A DNA stretch of 64,000 nt, from contig MNGN01000045.1 of assembly GCA_001918745.1 (NCBI GenBank), positions 42,829-106,828 of the forward strand. Direction: 5' to 3'. Origin of the DNA: Crenarchaeota archaeon 13_1_40CM_3_52_17 (GTDB lineage Archaea; Thermoproteota; Bathyarchaeia; 40CM-2-53-6). Shown here piece after piece: positions 63,872 through 64,000 of the stretch. The position numbers and the translations under genes are program-made. Position 1 is the first letter of the stretch, and each line of letters begins with the position of its first letter. Under the pieces are notes generated by a model. That model worked only from the letters and a program-made list of their open reading frames with translations. It did no database searches and was not told where the DNA came from.

Positions 63872-64000
63872 CTGCAAGAACTAGAAACACGGGATTTGCC
63901 GCTCGACAGCAATCTTCGGGTAAGGGTACCAGGAGCGGGGTCCCGCTCAATGGTTGGAGAGTTCTCTGGCTTGACGCACAATGAAGTAAGTGTACAAAAG

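Overview
This is an archaeal chromosomal segment. It encodes Orc1/Cdc6, the PolD small subunit, A/V-type ATPase subunit F, an archaeal-type Ogg, a RIO kinase and an AbrB-PhoU regulator, and TATA-like boxes sit about 25 nt upstream of several start codons. I support roughly 70 protein-coding genes. Most are transport, redox, peptidase or regulatory genes, with many lineage-specific membrane and surface proteins. By eye I found no rRNA, tRNA, CRISPR array, integrase or transposase. All family assignments come from motif recognition in the supplied translations; no database search was run.

Most interesting observations:
1. Replication neighbourhood (49.7-60.4 kb). cdc6 overlaps a DUF99 gene and is followed by two tiny ORFs. 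Several ORB-like boxes (TTsCAsTGGAAw-N3-4-GGGGT) sit in intergenic DNA. An origin-like module at 58655-58860 has inverted boxes with C/G-strings around a 146-bp AT-rich spacer.
2. Accessory-looking block (46.4-53.5 kb). It holds a 3.2-kb strongly A/C-skewed segment carrying an 874-aa sequon-rich membrane protein. It also holds three wHTH/HTH genes with GTGACrTCAC palindromes and an Mrr-like nuclease fused to a Cys-rich zinc module.
3. An MtrA-like/DUF4346 fusion followed by an unlisted CDGSH Fe-S gene.
4. arsR is flanked by an inverted duplicate of a 32-bp promoter/operator element with identical spacing to two start codons.
5. An unusually high density of gene relics: in-frame stops, homopolymer frameshifts, a decayed yjbQ, a start-less P-loop fragment and a 59-bp duplicated gene fragment.

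Four sub-60-aa ORFs missing from the ORF track are proposed: three zinc-ribbon-type proteins and one CDGSH protein... correction, two zinc-ribbon proteins (7244..7411, 46311..46445) and one CDGSH protein (22022..22195); the 67-aa ORF at 45205..45408 is in the track.
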